The notes under the pieces were generated by a model, which did no database searches, was not told the origin of the DNA, and saw nothing but the letters and a program-made list of their open reading frames with translations. 64,000 bases of DNA from an uncultured Poribacteria bacterium (lineage in GTDB: Bacteria; Poribacteria; WGA-4E; WGA-3G): positions 863,389 through 927,388 of the forward strand of contig OX638351.1 in the NCBI GenBank assembly GCA_951813565.1, in the 5' to 3' direction. The position numbers and the translations under genes were made by a program. Below are positions 19,547 through 29,244 of this stretch, piece after piece (position 1 is the stretch's first letter; each line of letters starts with the position of its first letter).

Positions 19547-20920
19547 TTACCTCGTAAGTCGTTTCAAAACATTATGTGTAATCTGTTCAACAACAGCATC
19601 GCCACCTGCTAATCCGTGTGACCAATCTGTTGTAGCAGCAGTAAAGACAGTACCACCTTTCGTATAGATACCCATTGTAGCAGCACCCGTATGTCCCTGT
19701 TTCCAACGTTCATACCATTCGCAATCATCTGGATGCCAACGGACAGGTGTAGTCGCGAGGATTGTAAATCCTTCAGGAGTGCCATCTTGATAGGTCGGCA
19801 CGGGCAAACCATCTTGAAGTGTAAATTCGCACCCATCACATTCGTAGCCGACAATGGTATTTTGCCCACCGAACTTGTCATCTCTCGCCAAGTCTGTACC
19901 TTCAAATACCCAGTGTTCCGGACGGTGTGCCGTGTATGCACCATCTCCATCCATAAATTGCCCGTGGCTCAAGTGATAGCCGCCTTGTAGGAAACCGACA
20001 CCAGTCAAATGATTTTCAGGACGATTCACCAAATAGTGACTCCACAAAGTACTCAACGTGCTGTAATCATCGGTTTTGTAAACAGGGTCTTGGTTGTAGC
20101 CCTGCTTAAAGCAGACAAGCGCACGTCCATTGTCTTCAGAACGCACCTGCCAACACACAGAATTTCCGCTGAAGAATGCTACGTTACCACCATTCACAAT
20201 AAATGTCTCAAGATTATCCCGCATTGGTGCAGACCAGTATTCGTCATGTCCAACACTTAATACGAGTTTGTAATGCTCCAAAATTTCAGGATGGAATTCC
20301 AGATCGCTATTCGCAGCATAGTCAAGCGTCCATCCGTTCTGTTCTGCCCAAACAATAAATGGCAACTCCCAGTTTCTAAAGATACCACCTGTGGGTCGGT
20401 CGAATGAAACACGATGCCCCTGTATTTTATTTTGTCCGTGATACCCGTAAAGGCTAAAACCACCCCAGTTATTGTAAGCGTTATAGGTGTTGGTAGAAAG
20501 CTGCAGCAGTATAGGTGTATTTTCTCCTGGCTTTGCTGGACGAACAATAAAGAACAAGGAACTTTCAGCCGTACGATGATTTCTGTAGATAGGATCACCA
20601 CCGCCATCTGCTGCGCGGAGTATGCCTTCATAGTATCCGCTCTGCCATGTCTCAGGCACCTCAAGCGTAAAAGTAGCGTTCCAACCACAGCCGTGTGATG
20701 AAGCGTTTTCGGGAATTAGTTGTGCCTCACCGGGTAGCCCTGATTCGTTGAATACGACCTCGCGCGTCGCGCCAATACGTGCAATTTCCAGAGAATAGTT
20801 CCCCGCACTCGTTGAAACATTGAACGCAATCTCCTCACCGGGTGCGTAGCTCAGTTGATGGGTGTATCCGTCAATATAGAGCGGTCTTATACGATTTTCG
20901 GTATGCGTTAAAGTTGCCAT
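19547..20920 (-). CDS. N,N-dimethylformamidase large/beta-subunit family protein
   Basis: TNTYNAYNNWGG, SVGHDEYWS, AFFSGN, VGYECD, VFTAATTDW. Confidence 0.75.
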   Translation of the reverse strand: MATLTHTENRIRPLYIDGYTHQLSYAPGEEIAFNVSTSAGNYSLEIARIGATREVVFNESGLPGEAQLIPENASSHGCGWNATFTLEVPETWQSGYYEGILRAADGGGDPIYRNHRTAESSLFFIVRPAKPGENTPILLQLSTNTYNAYNNWGGFSLYGYHGQNKIQGHRVSFDRPTGGIFRNWELPFIVWAEQNGWTLDYAANSDLEFHPEILEHYKLVLSVGHDEYWSAPMRDNLETFIVNGGNVAFFSGNSVCWQVRSEDNGRALVCFKQGYNQDPVYKTDDYSTLSTLWSHYLVNRPENHLTGVGFLQGGYHLSHGQFMDGDGAYTAHRPEHWVFEGTDLARDDKFGGQNTIVGYECDGCEFTLQDGLPVPTYQDGTPEGFTILATTPVRWHPDDCEWYERWKQGHTGAATMGIYTKGGTVFTAATTDWSHGLAGGDAVVEQITHNVLKRLTR

Positions 20921-21150
20921 GATGCGTCCTCCTTGATGTGTAGGGTATCACTTTTTGGGCAAAATGTCAACGGTATAAGGACAATATTTTAGAGCATCAA
21001 AAATGTAGAATTGAAAAAATTCGTCAATTTTACAGAAAAGTGATATAATATGTAGGGAGAACTGCTTTTGCAGTGGTTTTCGTCCTTCATTATATTGAAG
21101 GGTCCTCTTGTTGGCACAATGGAAAATGTTGATACGGAAGTGAGAAAAAT

Positions 21151-22008
21151 ATGGAAATAGATCAAAAACAACTAACCCCGCTTTCCCCTGAACAGATGCA
21201 TCAATGGGAGAACGATGGATACCTCTTACTAAAAGACGTTGTTCCAGAGTCTTATATCAATGGTGTACGCGATAGGTTTGCCCACGTTGTAGATGGTATA
21301 ATTGATCAACTAAAAGAGCAGGGAATCGTTGAAGATGAAGGGAAAGATCTCCCATTTGAAACGCGATTCTTGCAAGTCGCTGGTGAACATGCTAACCGTT
21401 TTGGTCGGTCTTGGCGTGGACAAATCGCTACATCCGAAATTTTTGATCTGCACTATGCCGGTCCTCTCGTAGATGCAATCGGTCAACTTACAGGTACAGA
21501 CGTCATTGGACATCCTGTCTTCAATGCTCGTCCTAAACTACCTGGACAACAATTGACTGTGGTTCCCTGGCATCAGGACAGTGGCTATTTTGGCACAGTC
21601 AGTGAACAATCACTCATCCCGACTGCATGGATACCGCTCGTGCCGGTAGATGAGGGCAACGGATGTTTACAGGTGGTTGCAGGTTCGCATCGGTTAGGTG
21701 TAGTTGACCATCACACTGAAAATCGTGAAGGCAAATTTCTTGAGGTGATGGACGAACTTATTGAGGATTCCAGTATTGTGACCTGTCCGATGGAGATAGG
21801 TGATGCCCTGGTGTTCCATAACCTCACGCTCCACCGATCCTTACCGCACACCACAAGCGAGATTATCCGATGGGCAATTGACATCCGCTATCTTCGTGAT
21901 GGTGACCATCCGGGCAGCATTTACTGGAAAGACCCTGATTTTAAATGGGTGATCCGAAGTAAAACACAACCCCTGACAACCCTTGCCCAATGGCTTGAAA
22001 TGTGGTAG
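21151..22008 (+). CDS. PhyH-family Fe(II)/2OG dioxygenase
   Basis: PWHQDS, NGCLQVVAGSH, FHNLTLHRS. Confidence 0.9.
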   Translation: MEIDQKQLTPLSPEQMHQWENDGYLLLKDVVPESYINGVRDRFAHVVDGIIDQLKEQGIVEDEGKDLPFETRFLQVAGEHANRFGRSWRGQIATSEIFDLHYAGPLVDAIGQLTGTDVIGHPVFNARPKLPGQQLTVVPWHQDSGYFGTVSEQSLIPTAWIPLVPVDEGNGCLQVVAGSHRLGVVDHHTENREGKFLEVMDELIEDSSIVTCPMEIGDALVFHNLTLHRSLPHTTSEIIRWAIDIRYLRDGDHPGSIYWKDPDFKWVIRSKTQPLTTLAQWLEMW

Positions 22009-22020
22009 TGTGATGTGATA

Positions 22021-22434
22021 CTATAAACTGTTAATTGAGCGCTTGCACTTCAAATTTGGTTTGACATCCAGAAATTGGCATGGTCCAATAGTTTTGAATA
22101 AATTGCTTGAATTGACACTCTTTTTGGACTTAGATACAGACGCAGCAAATGATGGAGCACATATAGGTGCGGGGTCTGTTCCCCGAGATGGCAACTCTCC
22201 AAGTTCTGCTAATGCTTTGTTCAATATCGGTCCAAGCAAGTGTATCCATCTATTCGCAAGCGGTTGAGACATGCCAAAGAGCACACCGAATAGCACTTGT
22301 TTCGGTGCTTCACGAAGGTAAATCAATATAAATAGCAACATATCTTCAGGCGTATCAAAACTACTATTTTTATAGGGTTTATATCTCCGTTTTTTGCGTG
22401 GTTTTCCTTCAAGGGTATGTGTTTGAACATACTC
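22021..22434 (-). pseudogene. Transposase N-terminal HTH fragment (DDE_Tnp_4/IS5-like)
   Basis: Reads HTLEGKPRKKRRY...PEDMLLFILIYL...FGMSQPLANRWIH. No catalytic domain follows. Confidence 0.65.
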
Positions 22435-22454
22435 TAAAAAACATTTAGTAAAAT

Positions 22455-23160
22455 AACGTGAGTTTGATAATAATATTATAACGTGAGTTTGATAATTAGA
22501 CCTAAATGTAGATGTCAGTTGGGTAGAGCGAAGCGAAACCTATAGGCGTCAATTTAGTGCCTGATTTTCTTGTGGGAGGGCTTTCTAAGCCCGATATTGT
22601 GAGGCTCAAACCGTTATATCGGGGTTGAAAACCCGACAAATGCCAAAAAGCGCATTTGGCGTTGATTTGGCAGCATGCCATACGCGCATGCTGCGTTGAT
22701 TCACTCCCACAATAGGATATATCCTAAAATTGACACTTATGGGTAGAGCTTGCGAAACCCGACCTGTTGGGACTGAAATACTATTATCAAAACCTGCTTG
22801 ATGTGTTCCTTCGATTTCCGTGTGAAACCCGCCCAGTTTGCCTTGAAACCTTGATATTGTCGGGTTTCGCAAGCTCTACCCGACGGGCGAACTTTAGATT
22901 TTATGAGAGACCAAAAACTACGGACAATTAAAACGTTATAATGTCTAATGTCTATTATTCCTAATCGGTTTGTTTTACTAACGTGAGTTCGGTATAATAC
23001 CAAACGGGACTTACGCAACTTGATCAAAAAACAGACAAATTTCGTCTGAAAAATCGTTATTTCAGCACTTTTAACCCTAAATCCCTTATCAAGCGGACTT
23101 TAAGAAGAACTGCGCAAGTCCTGTTTGGTTACGGCACGCGGTGCGTACCTACTACCTTTA
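22455..23160. repeat. Patchwork of nested REP/MITE-like palindromic repeats
   Basis: TAACGTGAGTTTGATAA twice, a CCTATAGGCGTCAA...TTGACACTTATGGG shell, TGTGGGAG REPs and AATCAAC hairpins. All recur elsewhere in the window. Confidence 0.8.
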
Positions 23161-23346
23161 AGCATATATTTGACATTGAATTATTTAGGCACACCCTTCG
23201 TTTATCTCTTTCTCTCTTGTAGGAGGACTTTGTAAGTCCGATTTCCTATCAAAAACTGAATCCCTCCGTCATACATACAAAATATCTTGCATTCTTCTCA
23301 GACATTAGGCATAATAATACTGAACAACATGTTAAGGAAGAATTGC

Positions 23347-24366
23347 ATGGTACGTGTGCCTTTCCAAACTTTATGTGATGAATTTTATCGTGTGCTTGTA
23401 ACTGTCGGATTTACCGGTGAACAGGCGAAATTATGTGCGAAGCTATTTGCAGAAAATCAACGTGATGGTGTCTATTCACATGGACTCAATCGCTTCCCAG
23501 GGTTTGTTGCTGGATTGCAAAGTAAACAGATTAACTTCCGGGCAAAACCGGGGAAAATTGAAAGTTTCGGAGCATTAGAACGTTGGGATGGCAAGATGGG
23601 GGTAGGACTTGTCAACGCCCATATCTGTATGCAACGCGCAATGGAACTTGCCGAAACAAACAGCATCGGTTGCGTAGGACTTTCAAACACAAACCACTGG
23701 ATGCGTGGTGGTGCTTATGCACTGCAGGCAGCAGAAGCAGGTTATATCGGTATCTGCTGGACAAACACAACGAAACTCATGCCACCGTGGGGTTCTGCGG
23801 AGAAAAAGATTGGTAATAACCCATTAGCAATTGCTATTCCTCGCAAAGAAGGACACATTCTGCTTGATATGGCGATGAGCCAGTATTCAAACGGAAAATT
23901 AGAAGTACTCAAACTTCAAAGCAAACAACTGCCGCTACCAGGCGGTTACGATACCAAAGGCAACCTAACGGTCGAACCTGCAGAGATACTCGATTCGCAA
24001 AGAGCACTGCCTATCGGCTATTGGAAAGGTTCTGGATTAGCATTTGTTCTTGACACAATGGCTACCGTAATCTCAGGTGGGCAAGCCACACATCAGATTG
24101 GAAAACAGAAATCAGAATATGCTGTTTCTCAGGTATATATCGCTGTCAATGCTACTGGAATGATGGGACAGACAGTATTGAACGAAACCGTGGAGGCAAT
24201 TATCAACGATTTTCATACCGCTGTTCCTTTAGATGAAAACGAAAAAGTGCGTTATCCAGGGGAAGGTATGTTGCGTACACGACAGGACAGCATTGAAAAG
24301 GGTGTCCTTGTGGACGAGACACAGTGGCAGGCATTATTAGAGATGAATAGAGATGAAACACTCTGA
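23347..24366 (+). CDS. yiaK: 3-dehydro-L-gulonate/2,3-diketo-L-gulonate reductase (Ldh_2 family)
   Basis: DGVYSHGLNRF, NTNHWMRGG, IGNNPL, DMAMSQ, PIGYWKGSGL. Confidence 0.85.
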   Translation: MVRVPFQTLCDEFYRVLVTVGFTGEQAKLCAKLFAENQRDGVYSHGLNRFPGFVAGLQSKQINFRAKPGKIESFGALERWDGKMGVGLVNAHICMQRAMELAETNSIGCVGLSNTNHWMRGGAYALQAAEAGYIGICWTNTTKLMPPWGSAEKKIGNNPLAIAIPRKEGHILLDMAMSQYSNGKLEVLKLQSKQLPLPGGYDTKGNLTVEPAEILDSQRALPIGYWKGSGLAFVLDTMATVISGGQATHQIGKQKSEYAVSQVYIAVNATGMMGQTVLNETVEAIINDFHTAVPLDENEKVRYPGEGMLRTRQDSIEKGVLVDETQWQALLEMNRDETL

Positions 24367-24748
24367 TCTTACTTTGGGAATTGGAGAAAACTCGTGACAT
24401 TACGCGCAGGGATTGTCGGTTGTGGCGGGATTAGCCGTAGCCACGCGGCAGCTTATGATGGTTTAGAAGATATTTCACTCGTCGCAATGTGTGACATTAA
24501 TAGCGATGCCCTTAATAACCGCGCCGATGAATATGGTGTTCCAAACCGATATACCAATTATGATGAGATGTTTGCGAATGAAACGCTTAATATTGTGAGT
24601 GTTTGCACACATGCGCCTTTACATGCCCCGATTACAATTGCGGCGGCACAAGCGGGTATCAATGTTTTATGTGAAAAACCACTCTCGGTTGATTTAGAGA
24701 CTGCTGACCAAATGCTTGCGGCGTGTAACGAAGCCAGTGTCCACTTAG

Positions 24749-26112
24749 CACTCCCCATCAAACCCCCTGCCTTTAGGTAGGGGATGTAGACGGCGAAAGT
24801 TTTGATTTAAAATATACTTTCAATCTAATCACAATGTGGTATAATATATCATACTATAGTATAACTCTTGAAGTGATAAAAGACTATATTGAAGGTCAAA
24901 GTGGACAATGAGAAAATCTCACAAGTTCAAACTTCAAAACCAATCTAACACAATCAAACTCGGCAATATGCTTGATGATATGTGGGAAATCCATGTGCAT
25001 ATCATGCGTTTGGCACGTAGGTATTATCGCATGTTCGGCAAAAATTTGTCTGCGTATCGTCTGAAGGCACATGTTGCGAAACTTAAAAAGACAACTAAAC
25101 CGCATTGGGCAGCCTTGCCGAGCCAAGTTGTGCAAGACGTTGTGCTGCGTTATGGTAAATCTCAAGACGCTTTCTTTGAGAATATCGAAGACCGAAAAGC
25201 GGGCAAAACAACGCGTAAAGTGGGTAGACCGAAAATCAAACCGAGACACAAATACAACTCCATGACCTTCACACAAGCGGGCTACAAACTTGAAGATAAC
25301 CGTATCAAAATCAACTGTATAGATACATGGTTTTCCTTTCACAAACACCGTGAAATCAAAGGGCTAATCAAGACGATCACGATCAAACGTGACAGGTGCG
25401 GTGACTATTGGATATGCTTTTCGTGCGAGAATGTTGACGATTCCGAACCCAAACCCAAGACAGGTAAGAGCGCAGGGTTTGATTATGGAAATAAAACGTT
25501 CCTCACAAGCGACGAAGGCAACAAGGGACAATCTCCGCAGTTTTTCAAACAATCACTGAAAAAGTTGCGAGCCTTGAGCAAAGCGCTGAGCCGTAAAGTC
25601 AAAGGTTCTAACAACTATTATCGTGCGTGCCGTGCTTTAGCAAGGCAACACAGAAAAGTTGCCCGACAAAGAGAAGATTGGCAATGGAAACTTGCCTCAA
25701 AACTTTGTGTAGAGTTTGACACACTCATTTTGGAAACGCTGAACCTTGACGGTATGAAACGATTATGGGGACGTAAAGTTTCTGACCATTCTTTCTACCA
25801 GTTTCTTCAGATATTGGAACAGAAGTGTGCCAAACACGGTAAAAAACTTGTGCAAATCTCTCAATGGATAGCAACAACAAAACCTTGTAGTGATTGTGGA
25901 TACCATAACAAAGAACTCTCTCTTTCTGATAGGCAGTGGACATGTTCCGAATGTGGTTCACACCACGACAGAGACATCAATGCTGCTATCAATATCAAAC
26001 AGGCAGGCTTGGCTGCCTAAAGTGGAGCGACACTAAGACGGTCAACTCTCTGAGAAAACCGCAGTCGCAAGGAAGCACAAACCCCTACCTTTAGGTAGTG
26101 GGTACCTATGAC
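24749..26112 (+). mobile_element. Complete IS200/IS605 tnpB-only element (1364 bp), target TTAG, no TSD
   Basis: TTAG|CACTCCCC left end with hairpin, right-end hairpin plus ...TATGAC|. The same junctions occur in the other copies. Confidence 0.92.
24908..26020 (+). CDS. tnpB: RNA-guided endonuclease TnpB, RuvC triad intact
   Basis: GFDYG (D), LILETL (E), CSDC/CSEC zinc finger, DRDINAAINI (D). 370 aa. Confidence 0.92.
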   Translation: MRKSHKFKLQNQSNTIKLGNMLDDMWEIHVHIMRLARRYYRMFGKNLSAYRLKAHVAKLKKTTKPHWAALPSQVVQDVVLRYGKSQDAFFENIEDRKAGKTTRKVGRPKIKPRHKYNSMTFTQAGYKLEDNRIKINCIDTWFSFHKHREIKGLIKTITIKRDRCGDYWICFSCENVDDSEPKPKTGKSAGFDYGNKTFLTSDEGNKGQSPQFFKQSLKKLRALSKALSRKVKGSNNYYRACRALARQHRKVARQREDWQWKLASKLCVEFDTLILETLNLDGMKRLWGRKVSDHSFYQFLQILEQKCAKHGKKLVQISQWIATTKPCSDCGYHNKELSLSDRQWTCSECGSHHDRDINAAINIKQAGLAA

Positions 26113-26132
26113 CGGTCAGCCACCAATTCCGA
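25960..26132 (+). ncRNA. Putative TnpB omega-RNA (scaffold in the right end, guide = flank CGGTCAGCCACCAATTCCGA); 5' boundary is a guess
   Basis: Position inferred from known TnpB biology. The region is conserved in copies A and B. Confidence 0.5.
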
Positions 26133-26881
26133 TTTACACCTCTTTTTCGGCATGCAAAATCCCTAATTGACGCGGGGAAGATTGGCGAACTACGATCAAT
26201 TCGTGAGGTTGGTAAAGGACGCGAAGCAGGCTTTGAATTGATGGAGATGGGAGTCCACTATTTTGACGAGATGGATTTCTTCTTAGACGGTATCTCTTGG
26301 ATTCAGGCACATATCACATATCAAGGACATGATGTGACAGACGATGACATTATGCACAGCAGTGAGTTGTGCAAAACTGATCGGCGTGACAATGGAATTG
26401 TCGCGGGAGATACGATGTTGGTACATATCGGTGGCGCAAATGGTGCGTATGGAATTATGGAACTTTACCGACGCCCGCAGCGACACGGGTGGATGATGGG
26501 ACCGCATCTTCTCGGTTCGGAGGGACAATTGATGATAAAACCAAACCCACATACAGGTATAGATGAAGTGTGGTACTGTCCTTTTGATGTCTCATTTGCA
26601 GCACATACACCTACGTGGGAACAGATAGAACTTGATACATCAGCATTTATGATCTCTGGAAAAGCGTGGAAGTCTCGCCACACAATCTGGAGTGCAAAAA
26701 ATGTCCGAGACGCACTTCTTGACGAAAATCAGCCAGAACTCGGTGGACGCAACGCGCTTACATCGCTTGAGTGTGTTAGCGCAACCTACGTCTCCCATTT
26801 TAGTGAGAAAAAAGTGCAACTGCCATTAGAGGAGCGGAGCCATCCACTTACCAAACATATTAACATAGGAGCAACAACTGA

Positions 26882-27730
26882 ATGAAACTTGCATTCTTTG
26901 ATGATTACCGACTCGGTGTGATTACTGAAAACGAAATTGTTGATATCAGTAATGCACTCGGTGATATTTCGTCTCATACACCGCAAGAACTTATACAAAC
27001 GGTGATAGAGGATTTTGATAACCTCCGTTCAACAATAGCGGATGCAGCTGAAAACGGCACTCCAATTGCTGTAGAAAATGTTACCCTTAAAGCTCCATTA
27101 CCGCGCCCTGGACAACTCGTTTGCCTTGCTGGTAATTACATTGAGCCAGATAGCCCTTCCCGACTTGATTTCAATGCATTCCTCAAATCACCAACCAGTG
27201 TTATTTCCACGCAGGAAACTGTCCAACTTCCAGAGGCGGATGTAACCGTGTTTCATTTTGAACCTGAGTTGGCTATTGTTATCGGAAAAACGGCAAGGCA
27301 TCTAACAGAAGCAAACGCACTTGACTGCGTTTTTGGGTACACACAATTTATTGATGTGTCTGCGCGCGGTTTACCGGGCGGGTTCTTTTTGGGGAAAAGT
27401 TGGCACACCTTCGCACCGATGGGACCTGGGCTTATTACCGCTGATGAAGTTGAAGATCCGAATGCGCTTGGTGTACAACTCTGGATTAACGACCGTTTAC
27501 AACACGATTTCTCCACAAACTCCATGGCGCGTTTCGTCCCAGAATTGCTCGTTGAGGTAACTAATGTGATAACACTGGAACCCGGGGATGTAGTCTCTAC
27601 AGGCACACATCACGAAGCACTCACCGCAGTGGGAGATGGTGATACGGTTCAGTTAGCAATTGAAGGTTTTGGACCAGCGTTAGCTGTCAACGTACACGAC
27701 CCGTTAAAGCGCACGACTTGGCGTGGGTAA
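26882..27730 (+). CDS. Fumarylacetoacetate hydrolase family protein
   Basis: CLAGNY, FLKSPTSV, HFEPELA, IDVSAR, GKSWHTFAPMGP, TGTH. Confidence 0.9.
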   Translation: MKLAFFDDYRLGVITENEIVDISNALGDISSHTPQELIQTVIEDFDNLRSTIADAAENGTPIAVENVTLKAPLPRPGQLVCLAGNYIEPDSPSRLDFNAFLKSPTSVISTQETVQLPEADVTVFHFEPELAIVIGKTARHLTEANALDCVFGYTQFIDVSARGLPGGFFLGKSWHTFAPMGPGLITADEVEDPNALGVQLWINDRLQHDFSTNSMARFVPELLVEVTNVITLEPGDVVSTGTHHEALTAVGDGDTVQLAIEGFGPALAVNVHDPLKRTTWRG

Positions 27731-27739
27731 GAAAAAAGG

Positions 27740-27769
27740 TTGACAACCGTATCGGTTTGCATGTATAAT
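27740..27769 (+). promoter_or_regulatory. sigma70 promoter
   Basis: TTGACA, 18 nt, TATAAT. AACCG-TAT-CGGTT palindrome in the spacer. Confidence 0.65.
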
Positions 27770-27904
27770 TTTAAAAATCAGGAATTTTAGGGCGTAGTTT
27801 GCAAGCCGATATTACAATTTGGGATGCGATGTCCTACGTTGCAGGAAATTATTTTTAGTTTAGACACAACAAACCCGTTCTTGATGATTAAGGAGAAGCG
27901 ATTG

Positions 27905-28831
27905 ATGAAAAGACACAGAAATATAGCCATTTATGCTATCTTTGCAATTGTCTGTGTGTGGATGGTAGGATGCGGCGGCTGTAATCCGGAACCGGTGCCG
28001 TCAAACATGACCCCTATTGAAGGGGAGGAAACTGGTGGAACGTCTGTCCTTATTACTGGCGAAAATTTCGATATGAAAAACGGTATGACTGTGATGTTTG
28101 GTGAGAAAGAAGGGCAAAATGTAACCGTCCCAAGTAAAACAGAACTTACTGTGGTAGCACCTGCTGGCACAGCGGGACAATCAGTGAGTGTCGTTATCAC
28201 CAACAAAGGAAAACCAGATGTGCCCGTTACGCTCAGCCAGCAATTTACCTATACAGATGCAACACCGCCGACAGTAACAGGTACCGACCCTACTGATGGT
28301 ACTGTTTTCTCTGAATACGAAGATTCTTTGAATGTCAGAGATAACCTCACGGTTACCTTCAGTGAACCGGTTGATGCTAATAGCGTTTCAATTCAAGTTG
28401 CTGTTGCTAAAACAGAAGATGCCATGAGTGAACCCGCAGAAGTTACACTTACAGGCACAGTAAGTGGTAGTGACGATTCTGTGACGTTTACTTCAGATAT
28501 GCCGATGCGCTGCGGACGCATGTATACCGTCACTGTCTCAGGCGCTACTGATATGGCTGGAAATACCCTTGCTACCGCACACAGTTTCAGTTTTAGTGTT
28601 ACCAGTCCGGAACCTGTCTACAAGTATTACGTTAAAGAAGAGGATATTCAGGAAGAAAATGGTGAGGCAGCACTTAAACGCATCGCCTCTCGTCCTGAGA
28701 TTTTTGATAATCCTGAGAAGTGGACACGATTAGTAGCCGCAAATCAAGATGATTATATCTTTGATCGGACGAAACTAAGTGTGGGACAAGAGTTATTAAT
28801 TCCTCGCGGACCCGCTTGGGGTGATAAGTAG
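27905..28831 (+). CDS. Lipoprotein with IPT/TIG, Ig-like and C-terminal LysM-like domains
   Basis: Signal ending MVGC, ITGENF...VMFG (IPT), PPTVTGTDP...VTFSEPV (Ig-like), and YYVK...IA...W..L..AN...GQELLIP (LysM-like). Confidence 0.75.
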   Translation: MKRHRNIAIYAIFAIVCVWMVGCGGCNPEPVPSNMTPIEGEETGGTSVLITGENFDMKNGMTVMFGEKEGQNVTVPSKTELTVVAPAGTAGQSVSVVITNKGKPDVPVTLSQQFTYTDATPPTVTGTDPTDGTVFSEYEDSLNVRDNLTVTFSEPVDANSVSIQVAVAKTEDAMSEPAEVTLTGTVSGSDDSVTFTSDMPMRCGRMYTVTVSGATDMAGNTLATAHSFSFSVTSPEPVYKYYVKEEDIQEENGEAALKRIASRPEIFDNPEKWTRLVAANQDDYIFDRTKLSVGQELLIPRGPAWGDK

Positions 28832-28857
28832 CCAATATCTTATTATATGGTAATTAG

Positions 28858-28890
28858 AAAAAAGCCGTGTATCTAATACACGGCTTTTTT
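28858..28890. terminator. Bidirectional intrinsic terminator
   Basis: AAAAAAGCCGTGT-ATCTAAT-ACACGGCTTTTTT between convergent genes. Confidence 0.85.
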
Positions 28891-29244
28891 ATTTGCAATG
28901 GTCTGAACCAGGATTTACAAGATTGTTGAGTTTTCTTGATTGAAGTTGTCTCTTGTGGGAGGGTTTGCATTCAATTCACCAAATCAATGCAGAATACCAC
29001 ACGCGTATTCTGCATTGCACATTTGTTGTTTGGTTTGGATTTCTTCTGTGAGTAGGAATCAACGCTGAATACACTTTTGTTTGGTATTCAGCGGGTTCCT
29101 AACCTTGGTCCTTGGTGACGTATCAGGTTTGCAAGTCCAACCACAAGAATATGTATCACGGCGAGTGTTTCTATAAAAAGAAAACGGATTAGTAATAACT
29201 AAAATGGTAATACTAATCCGCTTATGTAAGTGATGTGAAATGTC

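Larger units (their letters stand above)
24394..26885 (+). pseudogene. Gfo/Idh/MocA oxidoreductase interrupted by the tnpB element
   Basis: GCGGIS and CEKPL in the 5' part. Removing 24749-26112 rejoins VHLA-VSHQFRFTPLF in frame with the 26238-26885 ORF. Confidence 0.9.

Noticed and set aside
24749-26112. IStron (self-splicing IS) rescuing the oxidoreductase
   Set aside because: Only 159 nt precede tnpB, too short for a group I core, and the element ends in C rather than the required terminal G.
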